DNA from: Candidatus Delongbacteria bacterium | GTDB lineage: Bacteria; CAIWAD01 | Direction: 5' to 3' | DNA length: 64,000 nt | NCBI GenBank assembly: GCA_963663545.1 | Contig: OY760505.1 | Location: forward strand, 544,001 to 608,000 | In this document: in pieces, positions 26,694-38,037 of the stretch | How positions within the stretch are numbered: the first letter of the stretch is position 1 | How the letters are laid out: every line of letters begins with the position of its first letter | Notes under the pieces: model-generated | What the model was told of the DNA's origin: nothing | Seen by the model: the letters and a program-made list of their open reading frames with translations, nothing else | Database searches by the model: none | Program-made: the position numbers and the translations under genes

Positions 26694-27605
26694 CTAGCGA
26701 AGAAGGACCATCTTGCGTGTTTCAAACTGGTTACCTGACTGCAGGCGGTAGTAGTAGACTCCACTGGGCAGACCGCTCGCGTCAAAGTTCACCGTGTGGG
26801 TTCCATGGTCCTGAAGGCCGTTTACCAGGGTACCGACCAGGGCACCGGAAAGGTCAAACACCTGCAAGCGCGTCATGGCCGTCTCAGTCAGGGTAAACTC
26901 GATCTTCGTGGAGGGATTGAAGGGATTGGGGTAGTTCTGCCTCAAAGCAAACTCTGTCGACAGCTCATCCGCTTCGGCGACAGGGCCCGTAGGCAGACCT
27001 TGCACGGTCATCGAGTAGGAAATCGGCTCCGGATGTCCCGAGAACGCATAAGTGCCGATCAGCAACCAGTAGTCGCCCGCAGCAAGGGTGATGTCAAAAG
27101 AGAAGACGCCCAATTCGCCAGTGTAAGTGCTCAAGTCGTAATCGTCCTCGCAATCCCGCGTTCCACTGTAGTTGCCACGTACCACCACATAGAACTCAAC
27201 CGCAGGATCTGTCTGGGCGTTGATCGAAAGCGTAGTTTGCTCCTCCAGGCTGAACTCATACCAGTCAATATCTCGCCAATTGCTGCCGTTATAGGTGAAA
27301 GTGAAAATTGTACCGCAGGTATGGGCGTGCAGGGACTGCGCCATGTATGGTGTGGCATTGCAGCCTCCATTCAGGTCCACTCCAGGTTCAGTGTGAGGCG
27401 GCAAATCTTCCAGAAAAGCACCCTCGCAATCCAGCTCGACCGCATTTCGCGCAACCATCAGTTCCGCAGGCGATGTTGGCGCCTTGTAGCCCGGAGGGGC
27501 TTGGTTGTCCGAAGAATCAACATGACGCTGGTTTATGGATGTAGCCTGCAGGCTGCCGCCCAGAGCTAGCGTAAGAAACAGCAAAATGATTGAAGAACGA
27601 GTCAT
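26694..27605 (-). CDS. Secreted protein with T9SS type A-like C-terminal sorting domain
   Basis: Signal peptide; PPC-like DIDWYEFSL; CTD QNYPNPFNPST.IEF...SGVYYYRL...TRKMVLLR. Confidence 0.85.
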   Translation of the reverse strand: MTRSSIILLFLTLALGGSLQATSINQRHVDSSDNQAPPGYKAPTSPAELMVARNAVELDCEGAFLEDLPPHTEPGVDLNGGCNATPYMAQSLHAHTCGTIFTFTYNGSNWRDIDWYEFSLEEQTTLSINAQTDPAVEFYVVVRGNYSGTRDCEDDYDLSTYTGELGVFSFDITLAAGDYWLLIGTYAFSGHPEPISYSMTVQGLPTGPVAEADELSTEFALRQNYPNPFNPSTKIEFTLTETAMTRLQVFDLSGALVGTLVNGLQDHGTHTVNFDASGLPSGVYYYRLQSGNQFETRKMVLLR

Positions 27606-27847
27606 TAATCCCCCTTTGTTCTGAGCGCCGCCTTCTTCGGCAAACAGAAGCTTTGATAAGTTGTTTGTTGTTGATTTCCATCAGATTTTGCTGGTGCGTA
27701 CAAAGCAAGTTTTGCGCCAATCCAGAAGCAGCACAGTGACTACATTCCAAAGCTAGGAATAACGAACAGTTTTCGGGATATCGACGGATCTTGGACAGAG
27801 GTCGTTGTGAATTGCACACGTGAATCGGTCCACTAGAGAATGCATGC

Positions 27848-27875
27848 AAAAGGGCGACGCTCACGCATCGCCCTT
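27848..27875 (-). terminator. Intrinsic terminator after the TPR gene
   Basis: aagggcga...tcgccctt stem with adjacent A run. Confidence 0.65.
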
Positions 27876-27901
27876 GTGAAGCTCTTGGATGTGGACAGGG
27901 A

Positions 27902-28945
27902 TTAGAGACCGCGCTCGCGTTTGATGCGCTCGATCTCGTAGTTGGCCTGCTGCTTCCACTCACGAGTGCTGGCCGCCTCACCCAACGAAGCCAAAGCCTG
28001 CTGAATGTTCTCCAGCTGCTCCAAGGCCATACCACGCTCGTACTGAGCGCCGCCTTGGATGAAGCTCTTCTTCGATTTCAACTTGCCAACGTTGGCCAAA
28101 GCGTTGTCCGCGGCGGACACGGCCTTGGTGAACTCGCCAGCCATGTTATAGGCGTGTGCCTGCTGAAAGTAAATCTGGGCCAAATCACGGCTCTCGGGCA
28201 CAGCTTTGATGGCGCGGGCTGCGGCGCTGATGGCTTCCTGCGCCTTGCCGGATTCGACATAGGAGGTGACGAGCAGAATCCACGAATTGTCCTGATCCGC
28301 ATCCAACCCAAGACCGCGCTCGAGGTTGTTGATGGCATTCGCAAAGCTCTTGCGATCAGACTCGATGCGACCACGCAGACACCAGGCCTCAGCGTTGTTC
28401 GGCTCGCGCGCCAGCAGAAGGTCCATCGTGGCCAAACCGGCACCCACTTGCTGCAAGTCGCTGGCCTGCAGCTTTGCCAGCACCAACCAAGCCTTTGTGT
28501 AGCTGGAATCGGCGGCAATGGCACTCTGCAAGGCCGTCACGGCTGACCGGGCGTTACCAAGACCTTTCTCGGCCAGGCCCAGGCAGTAGAAGGGCTTGGG
28601 ATTGCTGGCGTCGGCGCAAGCCTCAATGGCACCTTCAGCCGCCGATTTGGCGGCAGCATAATCCTTGGCGCGCAAGGCGTCGTTGGCATTGTTGATGCCA
28701 GCGGCACAGGCAGCGGCCTCATTGTTGCTGGCCTGAAAATCACGAATCATGGATTGAATTTCGCGCCCGAGGGAGTTGTACTGATCCAGCAGGGCGTCGT
28801 ACTCTTCAGTACTGCCAGCCGAACCCATTTGCTGGCGCACATTCTCCAGCTCCTGCTTCTTCGCTTCGATTTCCGGGGTCTGCGCAAACATCCGGCCTGC
28901 CAGCAGCAGACAGACGAGCAGGGTGGTGGAAAACAGTCTCAGCAT
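27902..28945 (-). CDS. Exported tetratricopeptide-repeat protein
   Basis: Signal peptide; TPR-like repeats (FYCLGLA, AWLVLA, AWCLRG, IYFQQA, YERG). Confidence 0.85.
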   Translation of the reverse strand: MLRLFSTTLLVCLLLAGRMFAQTPEIEAKKQELENVRQQMGSAGSTEEYDALLDQYNSLGREIQSMIRDFQASNNEAAACAAGINNANDALRAKDYAAAKSAAEGAIEACADASNPKPFYCLGLAEKGLGNARSAVTALQSAIAADSSYTKAWLVLAKLQASDLQQVGAGLATMDLLLAREPNNAEAWCLRGRIESDRKSFANAINNLERGLGLDADQDNSWILLVTSYVESGKAQEAISAAARAIKAVPESRDLAQIYFQQAHAYNMAGEFTKAVSAADNALANVGKLKSKKSFIQGGAQYERGMALEQLENIQQALASLGEAASTREWKQQANYEIERIKRERGL

Positions 28946-29031
28946 GGTACTCCTCGGTATTGTTGCTCAATCCTCAATTGTCCACTCCGTGTCACCAGGC
29001 CGAAGCTCCTTTGCGTGACACGACAATGTGC

Positions 29032-29063
29032 AAAAAAACCCCGTTGTGTGCTCACAACGGGGT
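29032..29063 (-). terminator. Intrinsic terminator after tRNA-Leu
   Basis: accccgttgtg-tgct-cacaacggggt plus an A run (U tract on the minus strand). Confidence 0.85.
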
Positions 29064-29065
29064 CA

Positions 29066-29149
29066 TGCCCGAGACCGGACTTGAACCGGTACGTCCGTAA
29101 GGACACCACCCCCTCAAGATGGCGTGTCTGCCAATTTCACCACTCGGGC
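29066..29149 (-). tRNA. tRNA-Leu(GAG)
   Basis: GCCCGAG acceptor stem, D-loop TGG, anticodon arm CCATC-TTGAGGG-GGTGG, long variable arm, GGTTCAAGTCC; CCA not encoded. Confidence 0.95.
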
Positions 29150-29156
29150 ATCAAAG

Positions 29157-29513
29157 CTATTCGCCGGAACCTTCCGTCGCGGGGACTTCGGGAACCACGG
29201 GAATATTCTCGTTGAAGCGCTGCACCGTCGCCTGCTCCTGCAGAGCGCGACTGGTGGCGGTCATCACCTCGCCGCTACCACCACGACGACTAAGCATCGT
29301 GGCCAGCAGGCACAGAAACAGGAACAGGGAGACCAGATAGATGGTCGTCTTGTGCAGAATGGTCGCCGCCTGACGGGATCCGAACGCAGCATCGCCACCA
29401 CCGGCACCCAGCGCAGCCAGACCGCCGCCCTTGGAGGATTGCATCAGCACCACCACCATTAACAGCGCGGCTACCAGCACGACCAGAACAATTACCAGGC
29501 TGTAGAAAAACAC
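29157..29513 (-). CDS. secG: Preprotein translocase subunit SecG
   Basis: VVLMQSSKGGGL..GGG..AFGS; two TM helices; conserved tpiA-secG-tRNA-Leu order. Confidence 0.93.
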   Translation of the reverse strand: MFFYSLVIVLVVLVAALLMVVVLMQSSKGGGLAALGAGGGDAAFGSRQAATILHKTTIYLVSLFLFLCLLATMLSRRGGSGEVMTATSRALQEQATVQRFNENIPVVPEVPATEGSGE

Positions 29514-29525
29514 GCCTGCCTCCCC

Positions 29526-30290
29526 TTATTTCACCAGGCCTTCGGCAACGGCAATAATGTCGCCGAAATCCTCTGCCTTCAAACTGGCGCCACCGACCAA
29601 GGCACCATCAATGTCCGCCTGCCCCAGCAGTTCCGCCGCGTTGCTACCCTTCACGGAACCGCCGTAAAGGAGACGCAGATCACGCGCCACTGCCGAATCC
29701 AGTTCCGCCACCATGCGACGCACCATGTCATGCGCCTCCTGGGCCTGCTCCGGTGTAGCGACCACGCCCGTTCCGATAGCCCAAACGGGCTCGTAGGCAA
29801 CGGTGACCTGCTTCAGCAGATCGGTGGACATGTCGCCAAGCGCTCCGCGGATCTGTCGCTGCAACACGCTTTCCAGCTTGCCTGCCTCGCGTTCCTCGAG
29901 GGTTTCCCCTACGCAAAGGATCGGACGCAGCCCGGCTTCCAGCGCTGCCAACAGCTTGCGGTGAATCCACTCGTCGGTGTCATAGAAATACTGCCTGCGT
30001 TCACTGTGACCAAGGATCACCCAACCAGCGCCCGCGGAGCGGATCATCGGGCCGGAGATCTCTCCAGTGAAAGCACCGGAGTTGCGGTCGTGCAGGTTCT
30101 GGGCTCCCAGCGATATTTCGCTGTCGCCGAGCACTTCACCCACCGCAGTCAACGCAGTAAACGGCGGACAGACCAGGACATCCACGCGATGAACCCCGAG
30201 CACCTTGACCTTCAGCTGGCGAGCCAGGCTTACGGCCTCGTGGTTGGTCATGTTCATCTTCCAGTTGCCGGCGATCAGCAAGCGACGCAT
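29526..30290 (-). CDS. tpiA: Triosephosphate isomerase
   Basis: IAGNWKMN, GAFTGE, GHSERR, AYEPVWAIGTG, YGGSV, LVGGASL. Confidence 0.98.
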   Translation of the reverse strand: MRRLLIAGNWKMNMTNHEAVSLARQLKVKVLGVHRVDVLVCPPFTALTAVGEVLGDSEISLGAQNLHDRNSGAFTGEISGPMIRSAGAGWVILGHSERRQYFYDTDEWIHRKLLAALEAGLRPILCVGETLEEREAGKLESVLQRQIRGALGDMSTDLLKQVTVAYEPVWAIGTGVVATPEQAQEAHDMVRRMVAELDSAVARDLRLLYGGSVKGSNAAELLGQADIDGALVGGASLKAEDFGDIIAVAEGLVK

Positions 30291-30427
30291 GGCTTCTTCC
30301 TTGTATGTCATTTCAGTTCGGCGACATTGCCGCGTGCGAACTGTGCTGCCATTTGCAGACGAGCACCTAGGATATAGTTTTTTCTTTTTTGAGGCAAGAG
30401 CCAATAGCGGAAAAGCACCGCATTCGG

Positions 30428-30458
30428 CAAAGAAAAGGGGCACCCCGTGGTGCCCCTT
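30428..30458 (-). terminator. Intrinsic terminator after pgk
   Basis: aaggggcacc-ccgt-ggtgcccctt with A-rich flank. Confidence 0.8.
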
Positions 30459-30475
30459 GACAAGTGTCGTTCCAT

Positions 30476-31675
30476 CTAGGACTGTTCCAGTGCCACCACA
30501 CCCGGCAACGCACGCCCCTCGAGCAGCTCGAGACTGGCACCACCACCGGTGGAAATGTGACTGAAGCGATCTTCCAGCCCGAAAGCCTTGACCGCTGCCG
30601 CGCTGTCGCCTCCACCTACAATAGACAGGCCGCCGCGACCGCGCATACCGCCCAGCGCACGTGCCACATCCTTTGTACCGGCTGCAAAATCTTCGATCTC
30701 AAAAACGCCCATCGGTCCGTTCCACACCGCCATGGCAGCGGCGTCAATGCGAGCTGCAAAAAGCTCTCGCGTGCGCGGACCAATGTCGACGCCGATCCAG
30801 CCTGCGGGCATTTCCTCACGATCAACGATGCGTGTGGCGGCTCCGGCTTCAACCTTCTCGGCTACCAGAACATCCACAGGCAGAAGTAGCTCGACGCCCT
30901 TCTTCTGGAAGAGCTCAAGAGTGTCTGCCGCCAACTGGATACGATCCTCTTCCAGCAGGCTGGCACCGATCTCCAATCCCATGGCTTTGAAGAAGGTGAA
31001 GATCATGCCGCCGCCCACCAACACCGCGTCGACTTTGTCCAGCAGATTGGTGATGACGTCGATCTTGCCGCTGACCTTGGCTCCGCCCAGCACCGCCAGG
31101 AAGGGACGTTTGGGCGCGGCCAGTTCGTCGGCCAGGAACTGCAGTTCCTTCTCCATCAGGAATCCGGCCACCCCCTTGCCCAGCAGCCGCGGAATCCCCT
31201 CCGTGGAAGCGTGAGCCCGGTGGGCGGTGCCGAAAGCGTCGTTGACGTAAAGCTCGCCCAGGCTGGCCAATGCTTTGGCGAAGTCGGGATTGTTCTTTGT
31301 CTCACCGGCGTGAAAACGCAGGTTTTCAAGCAACAGCACCTGACCGTCTTCCAGCTCATCCGCCATGCGGCGGGTATCGGCACTATCGCAATCGTGGCTA
31401 AGGGCAACTGGCTGTCCCAGCAGCTCTGCCAGTCGCTTCTGCACAGGTCGCAGGCTGTACTTGTCGTCACGCTCGCCGTCGGGACGCCCCAAGTGACTCA
31501 TCAGAATCACACGGGCGTTGTTCTCGAGCAGAAAGCGAATGGTGGGCAAGGCGGCACGAATGCGCAGGTCGTCGGTGACCGCACCCGTGGCCTTGTCCAG
31601 TGGAACATTGAAGTCGACGCGCACCAGCACACGCTTGCCCGCCGGCTTCAGGTCCCGTATGGTCTTGACGGGCAT
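30476..31675 (-). CDS. pgk: Phosphoglycerate kinase
   Basis: RVDFNVP, SHLGRP, LLENLRF, NDAFGTAHRAHAS, GGGDS, HISTGGGASLE. Confidence 0.98.
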   Translation of the reverse strand: MPVKTIRDLKPAGKRVLVRVDFNVPLDKATGAVTDDLRIRAALPTIRFLLENNARVILMSHLGRPDGERDDKYSLRPVQKRLAELLGQPVALSHDCDSADTRRMADELEDGQVLLLENLRFHAGETKNNPDFAKALASLGELYVNDAFGTAHRAHASTEGIPRLLGKGVAGFLMEKELQFLADELAAPKRPFLAVLGGAKVSGKIDVITNLLDKVDAVLVGGGMIFTFFKAMGLEIGASLLEEDRIQLAADTLELFQKKGVELLLPVDVLVAEKVEAGAATRIVDREEMPAGWIGVDIGPRTRELFAARIDAAAMAVWNGPMGVFEIEDFAAGTKDVARALGGMRGRGGLSIVGGGDSAAAVKAFGLEDRFSHISTGGGASLELLEGRALPGVVALEQS

Positions 31676-31684
31676 GGAATCCTC

Positions 31685-32701
<1,017 letters not shown>

Positions 32702-32880
32702 TCATGTATCCTTCAGGTTTCGGTTTCACCACCCTTCATTCAACGCCCTGGCTTTCCCGCAGCCGAATTACAGCGTTAGACGAAGCCCGAATATACGAAA
32801 GAAACGGGCAGTGGGAGGCTGAAAGTGCCCGAAGCGCATTGGGGTTCCTGAGCCACTACGGGAGAATTGAGCCAGTGCTC

Positions 32881-32909
32881 TTGACAATGCTCTCCTCAGG
32901 AAATACATT
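32881..32909 (+). promoter_or_regulatory. Sigma70-type promoter of tRNA-Val
   Basis: TTGACA (32881), 17-bp spacer, TACATT (32904). Confidence 0.75.
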
Positions 32910-32938
32910 TGTCGGTCTGTGATCAAGAACTGACCCGG

Positions 32939-33012
32939 GGGCGATTAGCTCAGTTGGTTAGAGCGCTGGTCTCACATACCAGAGGTCACTGGTTCGACTC
33001 CAGTATCGCCCA
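32939..33012 (+). tRNA. tRNA-Val(CAC)
   Basis: GGGCGAT/ATCGCCC acceptor stem, AGCTCAGTTGGTTAGAGC D-arm, CTGGT-CTCACAT-ACCAG anticodon arm, GGTTCGACTCC; CCA not encoded. Confidence 0.95.
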
Positions 33013-33014
33013 TT

Positions 33015-33046
33015 GCAAGCCCCGCCACCGGGGCTTGCTGCTTTTT
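33015..33046 (+). terminator. Intrinsic terminator after tRNA-Val
   Basis: gcaagccccg-ccac-cggggcttgc-tgcttttt. Confidence 0.8.
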
Positions 33047-33101
33047 GGCCCTTTGTATCACATCGGTTTGCTTGTGTCACATTCCCGCTGGGAGATCCCG
33101 C

Positions 33102-34745
33102 ATGAATGGCGCTCTGCTTCTACTGCTCTCCATCCTGGTGCTGGCGGCTGGATATCTGGTGTATGGCCGATTCCTGGCGCGCTATCTCAAACTCGACAAC
33201 TCCCGACCGATGCCCAGTACGACACGCGCGGATGGTGTTGATTTCGTTCCCGCACGCACCCCGGTTCTGTTGGGCCACCATTTTGCTTCGATTGCGGGCG
33301 CGAGTCCTATTGTCGGGCCCGTGCTGGCCGCTGTCTTCGGCTGGCTTCCCGTCTGGCTCTGGATCCTCATCGGCGGCGTGTTCATGGGCGCCGTACACGA
33401 TTTTGTCTCTCTAGTCGCCTCCGTGAGACATCGCGGCGAAAGCATCGGCGTGCTCATCGAACGCTACATGGGTCGCAAAGGCAAGCTGCTCTTTCTGCTC
33501 TTCTGCTGGCTTACGCTGCTGCTGGTCATCGCCGTCTTCACCATTCTTGTATCACGCACTTTCGTTGCTGAACCCGCCAGTGCGTCAGCCTCGCTGCTCT
33601 TTATTCTGCTGGCAGTGGTTTTCGGCCTGCTGCAGCGCCTAACGCGCTTTGGGCTTGGCACATTGACCCTCATCGGCGTGGCGCTGCTCTTTGCCCTGAT
33701 GGCTGCAGGCCAGCACTGGCCGCTGGACCTGACACCGCTGTTAGGACAGGCAGGCACCATTGCCCTCTGGCGTTGGGTATTGCTGGGCTATGTCTTCGTG
33801 GCCAGTGTCACACCCGTGCACATGCTCCTGCAGCCGCGTGATTACCTGAACAGCTTCCTGCTCTACGCCATGATGCTGGCGGGCATCGTCGGGATTTTTG
33901 TGCAGGCGCCCGTGATACAATTGCCCGCGTTCACGTCCTTCTACAGCGACAAGCTGGGTGGCCTCTTCCCCATGCTCTTTGTTACCGTCGCCTGCGGTGC
34001 TATTAGCGGCTTTCACAGCCTGGTAAGCTCAGGGACAAGTGCGCGGCAATTGCGCCGTGAGGGTGACGCGCTGCCCGTAGGCTTCGGTTCAATGCTCATC
34101 GAGAGCCTGCTGGCAATCATCGCCTTGGTAGCGGTGGCCTCGACGATGAATGCAAGCGAATGCGCGGCGGTACCGGGTGGCGAGGCGGTTGCGGTTTTCG
34201 CCCGCGGCATGGCCGCCTTCACTCAGGGACTTGGGATTCCCGCAGCAACCGGCATCACCTTCTTCAGCCTTGCCATCAGTGCATTTGCGCTGACCAGCCT
34301 GGATACGGCCACGCGTCTGGGTCGTTTTCTGTTTGAAGAACTGGCCCTGACAATTCGACCCGCTTCGACACTGGCTCGCAACCGCTATCTTGCGACTCTG
34401 GTGACCGTTGCAGGAGCCGCCTGTCTGCTTTTCAGCCCGGCGGGGCTCAGTATCTGGCCGATCTTCGGAGCAGCCAACCAACTGCTGGCAGCGCTGGCCC
34501 TGCTAACCTTGTCGGTCTGGCTGTCACACGAGAGCAAGCGCAGAAGTTTCGTCGTACTGCCCATGCTCTTCATGTTCCTGGTCACCGTCAGCAGTCTGGT
34601 GTTGCTTGTGATACACAACACGCGTAGTGCCAACTGGCTGCTGGTCTTTCTCTCTGCGGCACTGCTGGTCCTGGCGCTGGTGCTGATAGCCATGGCCATC
34701 GGCACGGTGCGGGAAGCGCGAAAGCAGATTCATTCAACGAGGTAG
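33102..34745 (+). CDS. cstA: Carbon starvation protein A family transporter
   Basis: DGVDFVP, LGHHFASIAGA.PIVGP, GAVHDF, LLQPRDYL, LFVTVACGAISGFHSLV, WPIFGAANQLLA. Confidence 0.93.
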   Translation: MNGALLLLLSILVLAAGYLVYGRFLARYLKLDNSRPMPSTTRADGVDFVPARTPVLLGHHFASIAGASPIVGPVLAAVFGWLPVWLWILIGGVFMGAVHDFVSLVASVRHRGESIGVLIERYMGRKGKLLFLLFCWLTLLLVIAVFTILVSRTFVAEPASASASLLFILLAVVFGLLQRLTRFGLGTLTLIGVALLFALMAAGQHWPLDLTPLLGQAGTIALWRWVLLGYVFVASVTPVHMLLQPRDYLNSFLLYAMMLAGIVGIFVQAPVIQLPAFTSFYSDKLGGLFPMLFVTVACGAISGFHSLVSSGTSARQLRREGDALPVGFGSMLIESLLAIIALVAVASTMNASECAAVPGGEAVAVFARGMAAFTQGLGIPAATGITFFSLAISAFALTSLDTATRLGRFLFEELALTIRPASTLARNRYLATLVTVAGAACLLFSPAGLSIWPIFGAANQLLAALALLTLSVWLSHESKRRSFVVLPMLFMFLVTVSSLVLLVIHNTRSANWLLVFLSAALLVLALVLIAMAIGTVREARKQIHSTR

Positions 34746-34756
34746 TCATCCGGCGC

Positions 34757-37504
34757 GTGTCCTTCATTTTCCGGTTTTCGGTGTTGAGCCTGATCCTTAT
34801 GATCAGCCTTCCTGCGCTTAGAGCACACGCGGCCCGTTCGCATTTCGATCCTGCCGAGTACCTGGGCAACAGCGGTTTTCGCACTCAGCGTGACTCAACC
34901 ATTACCTACAGTGCTGACAGTCTGCATATGGAGATTCAGACCCGGCGCAGTCTGCTGATGGGCAGTGGCAAGCTGGGCTTCCAGAATATGCACCTAAGCA
35001 GTCCGAACATCATGATGGACTGGCGCAGCAACCTGGTAGAAGCCTGGATTTCGGATGAGCAGATGGCCTACGATCGCGCTAGCGCTGACAGCCTGCGTCA
35101 CGAGCAGAAGCTGGAGGTTCCGGTCGAAGTTGACTCGTTGACGATGCCCGTTGACAGCACGCTTGCCGGAGGTAGCACGGTCCAGTTCAATCAGGGCTTC
35201 CGCGATATCGTTCAAACCAATTCGGTCGTCAACGGAAACAAGCCGCTTCACCGCCGTGATACAGGTCTGGACAACTGGCCCGCTTTCGATGATGGTACTC
35301 AGGAGCTTGTCGGCCAGCGGATGACAATGAATATCCGCACACGTCAGGGGCGAGTCGTGGATGGCCGCACCAGCGATGACGAGGGCTTGTATTACGGTCT
35401 TCGCATCAAGCGCGTCCACCCGAGCGAGTTGCACGCCAGCGACGCCGGCTTCACCACGTGTGACGAGACGCATCCGCACTACTGCTTTCACGCAAAGAAG
35501 CTCAAGATGCTCGTCAAGGATCGCATTCTGGCTCGCGACGTCTGGCTCTACTTCGGCAATGTGCCAACGCTTTACACACCGGTGGCAATGGTCAGTCTCA
35601 AGCGAGGTCGTGCCTCGGGACTGATCGTGCCCGGATATGGAAAGACCGACATTCAAGGGCGCAAGCTGAGTCACCTGGGCTGGTACTGGGCCGCCAGCGA
35701 TTACTGGGATACGAAAGTAACCGTCGATTTCGCCGAAAATGGTCCTGACTGGCTCTTCTACAACTACACGCGCTGGAAGACAGACGCCAACAACAGCGGC
35801 ACCGTATCCTATTCCTATGGTATCACACGGACCAGCAACAACACGGGCTGGGATCTGCGTTGGCGGCACAATCAAAGGCTCAATCCCTGGACCACGCTTG
35901 CGGCCAACGTAAGCCTGGCTTCCAGCCGCAGCTATTACCAGGACAACAGCGACAACCTGGCAGGACAGCTTACGCGCCAGCTCACCTCAAGCGCTACGCT
36001 TAACGGCAGCTTCCCGCAGCAGGGTATCCGCTGGACGCTGTCTGCAAACGCTACTCAGGATCTGGAAACCGACTACGTCAATGGTACACTGCCCAGCGCG
36101 CGTATCACGCTGCCGACTTACAATCCCTTTGCAATCGAAGATGACAAGCAACACGGTGCGCTACGGAGCTGGCTGGCCGGAACCGTAATCTCCTACAACG
36201 TGTCCGCCAAGGACAACTTCTCAGGCGACGGCTGGAACATGTCGGAGCTTGAACACGATCGCGGTGTGCAGCACGTCAGTACGCTCAGCATTCCGGGCCG
36301 TATTTCCTATCTCAGCCTCACGCCCAGTATTTCCGGAAGGTCGGACTGGCTTTTTGAGACACAGCATCTCGTTCAGCGCGAAACGGGAGAGTTGGACACG
36401 CTGGAGGAAGGCGGCCTGGCGATTCGTAACACCTTCAATGTTGGTCTCGCCAGCTCCACAGATCTCTACGGCACTTTCTACACGCGTCGGGGCCCACTTC
36501 TGGCGCTGCGCCATGTTGTATCACCGGGTGTCAAACTGACCTGGGCTCCCGATTTCAGCAAGGATTTCTGGGGCTACTACGATAGCGCCGACTACGTAGA
36601 CAGCTCCGGTGTGACACAGCATGTAATCCTGGACCGCTTCAGCGGGTCGCTCTACGGCTCTACGCCCAACCGGGATGCGCTTTCACTGGCGATGAGCCTC
36701 GATCAGGTTTTCCAAGGCAAGTTCCGCAGCCGTGCAAAGGAAGACACACTGACAGGCACCCGATCCAGCGAACCGCTCCGTATGGATCTTCTGGGCCTCA
36801 ACAGCCGCAGCAGCTACAACTTCCGCGCCGAAGAATTTCGCCTTGCGGACCTCTCCACTTCCTGGCGCATCGACCCGCTACGCCTATTGACAAGCCGATT
36901 GGGCGTGTTACAAACGCTGAGCCTCAGTCTGTCGACCGTCAACAGCTTCTACAAAGTGGACGATGAAGGAAGACGCATCAACCTTTATCGTTGGCAGGAG
37001 GGTCCCGGAAGAGAAGTGTACTGGCCGCGTCTCACACGAACCAACATCACGCTCAGCACAGCCTTCAACGGCAAGGCAAAATCGGGAAGCTATGGCAGCG
37101 TTGTAGAAGACACCGACAATTGGGAGGACGGCCGCTTTCGCCCTGACTTCCTGACGGGAAACAGCGACATCCCCTGGAACATCAGCCTCTCGATGAGCTG
37201 GACAAAATCCACGGCCAATCCACTGCAGATCAGCAGGCAGCATTATGCAAATGCCACCGGCAGCCTGAGCCTGAGCGCCGGTTGGCGTCTTTCCAGCGGA
37301 ATGCAGTATGACTTCATCAATGACACGTTTAACGCCAGCAGCCTGCGCATCTACCGCGACATGCATTGCTGGGAGGGTTCTTTCGTCTGGAATCCGCGCA
37401 GCAGCAACCCAAGTTTTCACTTGCTGATTCGCATCAAAGCTGATGCATTGCAAGACTTGAAATGGGATAAAAAGCGTGGTTCCAGCGCCAGCTACCTGCC
37501 TTGA
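34757..37504 (+). CDS. lptD: Putative LPS-assembly protein LptD (Bacteroidota type)
   Basis: ITYSADS, FTTCD..HPHY.F.A.K.K, GWYWA.SDYWD, C-terminal YRDMHCWE...IRIKA..LQDLK. Confidence 0.8.
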   Translation: MSFIFRFSVLSLILMISLPALRAHAARSHFDPAEYLGNSGFRTQRDSTITYSADSLHMEIQTRRSLLMGSGKLGFQNMHLSSPNIMMDWRSNLVEAWISDEQMAYDRASADSLRHEQKLEVPVEVDSLTMPVDSTLAGGSTVQFNQGFRDIVQTNSVVNGNKPLHRRDTGLDNWPAFDDGTQELVGQRMTMNIRTRQGRVVDGRTSDDEGLYYGLRIKRVHPSELHASDAGFTTCDETHPHYCFHAKKLKMLVKDRILARDVWLYFGNVPTLYTPVAMVSLKRGRASGLIVPGYGKTDIQGRKLSHLGWYWAASDYWDTKVTVDFAENGPDWLFYNYTRWKTDANNSGTVSYSYGITRTSNNTGWDLRWRHNQRLNPWTTLAANVSLASSRSYYQDNSDNLAGQLTRQLTSSATLNGSFPQQGIRWTLSANATQDLETDYVNGTLPSARITLPTYNPFAIEDDKQHGALRSWLAGTVISYNVSAKDNFSGDGWNMSELEHDRGVQHVSTLSIPGRISYLSLTPSISGRSDWLFETQHLVQRETGELDTLEEGGLAIRNTFNVGLASSTDLYGTFYTRRGPLLALRHVVSPGVKLTWAPDFSKDFWGYYDSADYVDSSGVTQHVILDRFSGSLYGSTPNRDALSLAMSLDQVFQGKFRSRAKEDTLTGTRSSEPLRMDLLGLNSRSSYNFRAEEFRLADLSTSWRIDPLRLLTSRLGVLQTLSLSLSTVNSFYKVDDEGRRINLYRWQEGPGREVYWPRLTRTNITLSTAFNGKAKSGSYGSVVEDTDNWEDGRFRPDFLTGNSDIPWNISLSMSWTKSTANPLQISRQHYANATGSLSLSAGWRLSSGMQYDFINDTFNASSLRIYRDMHCWEGSFVWNPRSSNPSFHLLIRIKADALQDLKWDKKRGSSASYLP

Positions 37505-38004
37505 TCTGCTGCAGTGAGTTCGCGTTCCATGTAGACTGCGTCAGGCAGTGGATTATGCCGGTAGGCGCTTGTGTCACGAAAACCAACTCTGTGATACAGC
37601 CTGTTTGCCGCTTCAAGTCGTGTCAGCGTATCCAGGCGCATCAAACGATATCCCCTGAGCCAGGCCTCGTGCAAGAGCTTGCGTACCAGCATCTCTGCCA
37701 GTCCGCTGCCGCGCGCTTCAGGTCGCAGGTACATGCGTTTCATCTCACAGATCTCCTGCTCCAAGGGGCGCAGCGCAATCATGCCAACAAGGTGATACAC
37801 TCCTTGCAGGCGCAATTCTGCCAACAACAGGCATCCACGCGGGGCGGCGTACTCACCGGGCAGTCGCTCCAGCTCAGCGCTGAAATCCTGAAACTCATCC
37901 AGTGAGAAGTTGAACATGCCGGCGTATTCGCGACAGAGGACGCGCACAGCTTCCATCTCGTGGGGTTCCGCTTGGCGGATGCGAGGATCGCTTGATTCAA
38001 CCAT
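37492..38004 (-). CDS. GNAT family N-acetyltransferase
   Basis: LPGEYAAPRG.LLLA, CEMKRMYLRPEARGSGL, MRLDTL, LY.RVGF; overlaps the lptD 3' end by 13 nt. Confidence 0.92.
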   Translation of the reverse strand: MVESSDPRIRQAEPHEMEAVRVLCREYAGMFNFSLDEFQDFSAELERLPGEYAAPRGCLLLAELRLQGVYHLVGMIALRPLEQEICEMKRMYLRPEARGSGLAEMLVRKLLHEAWLRGYRLMRLDTLTRLEAANRLYHRVGFRDTSAYRHNPLPDAVYMERELTAADQGR

Positions 38005-38037
38005 TGTGCAAAGGTAGGAAAGCGCAAGTGGAGAGCT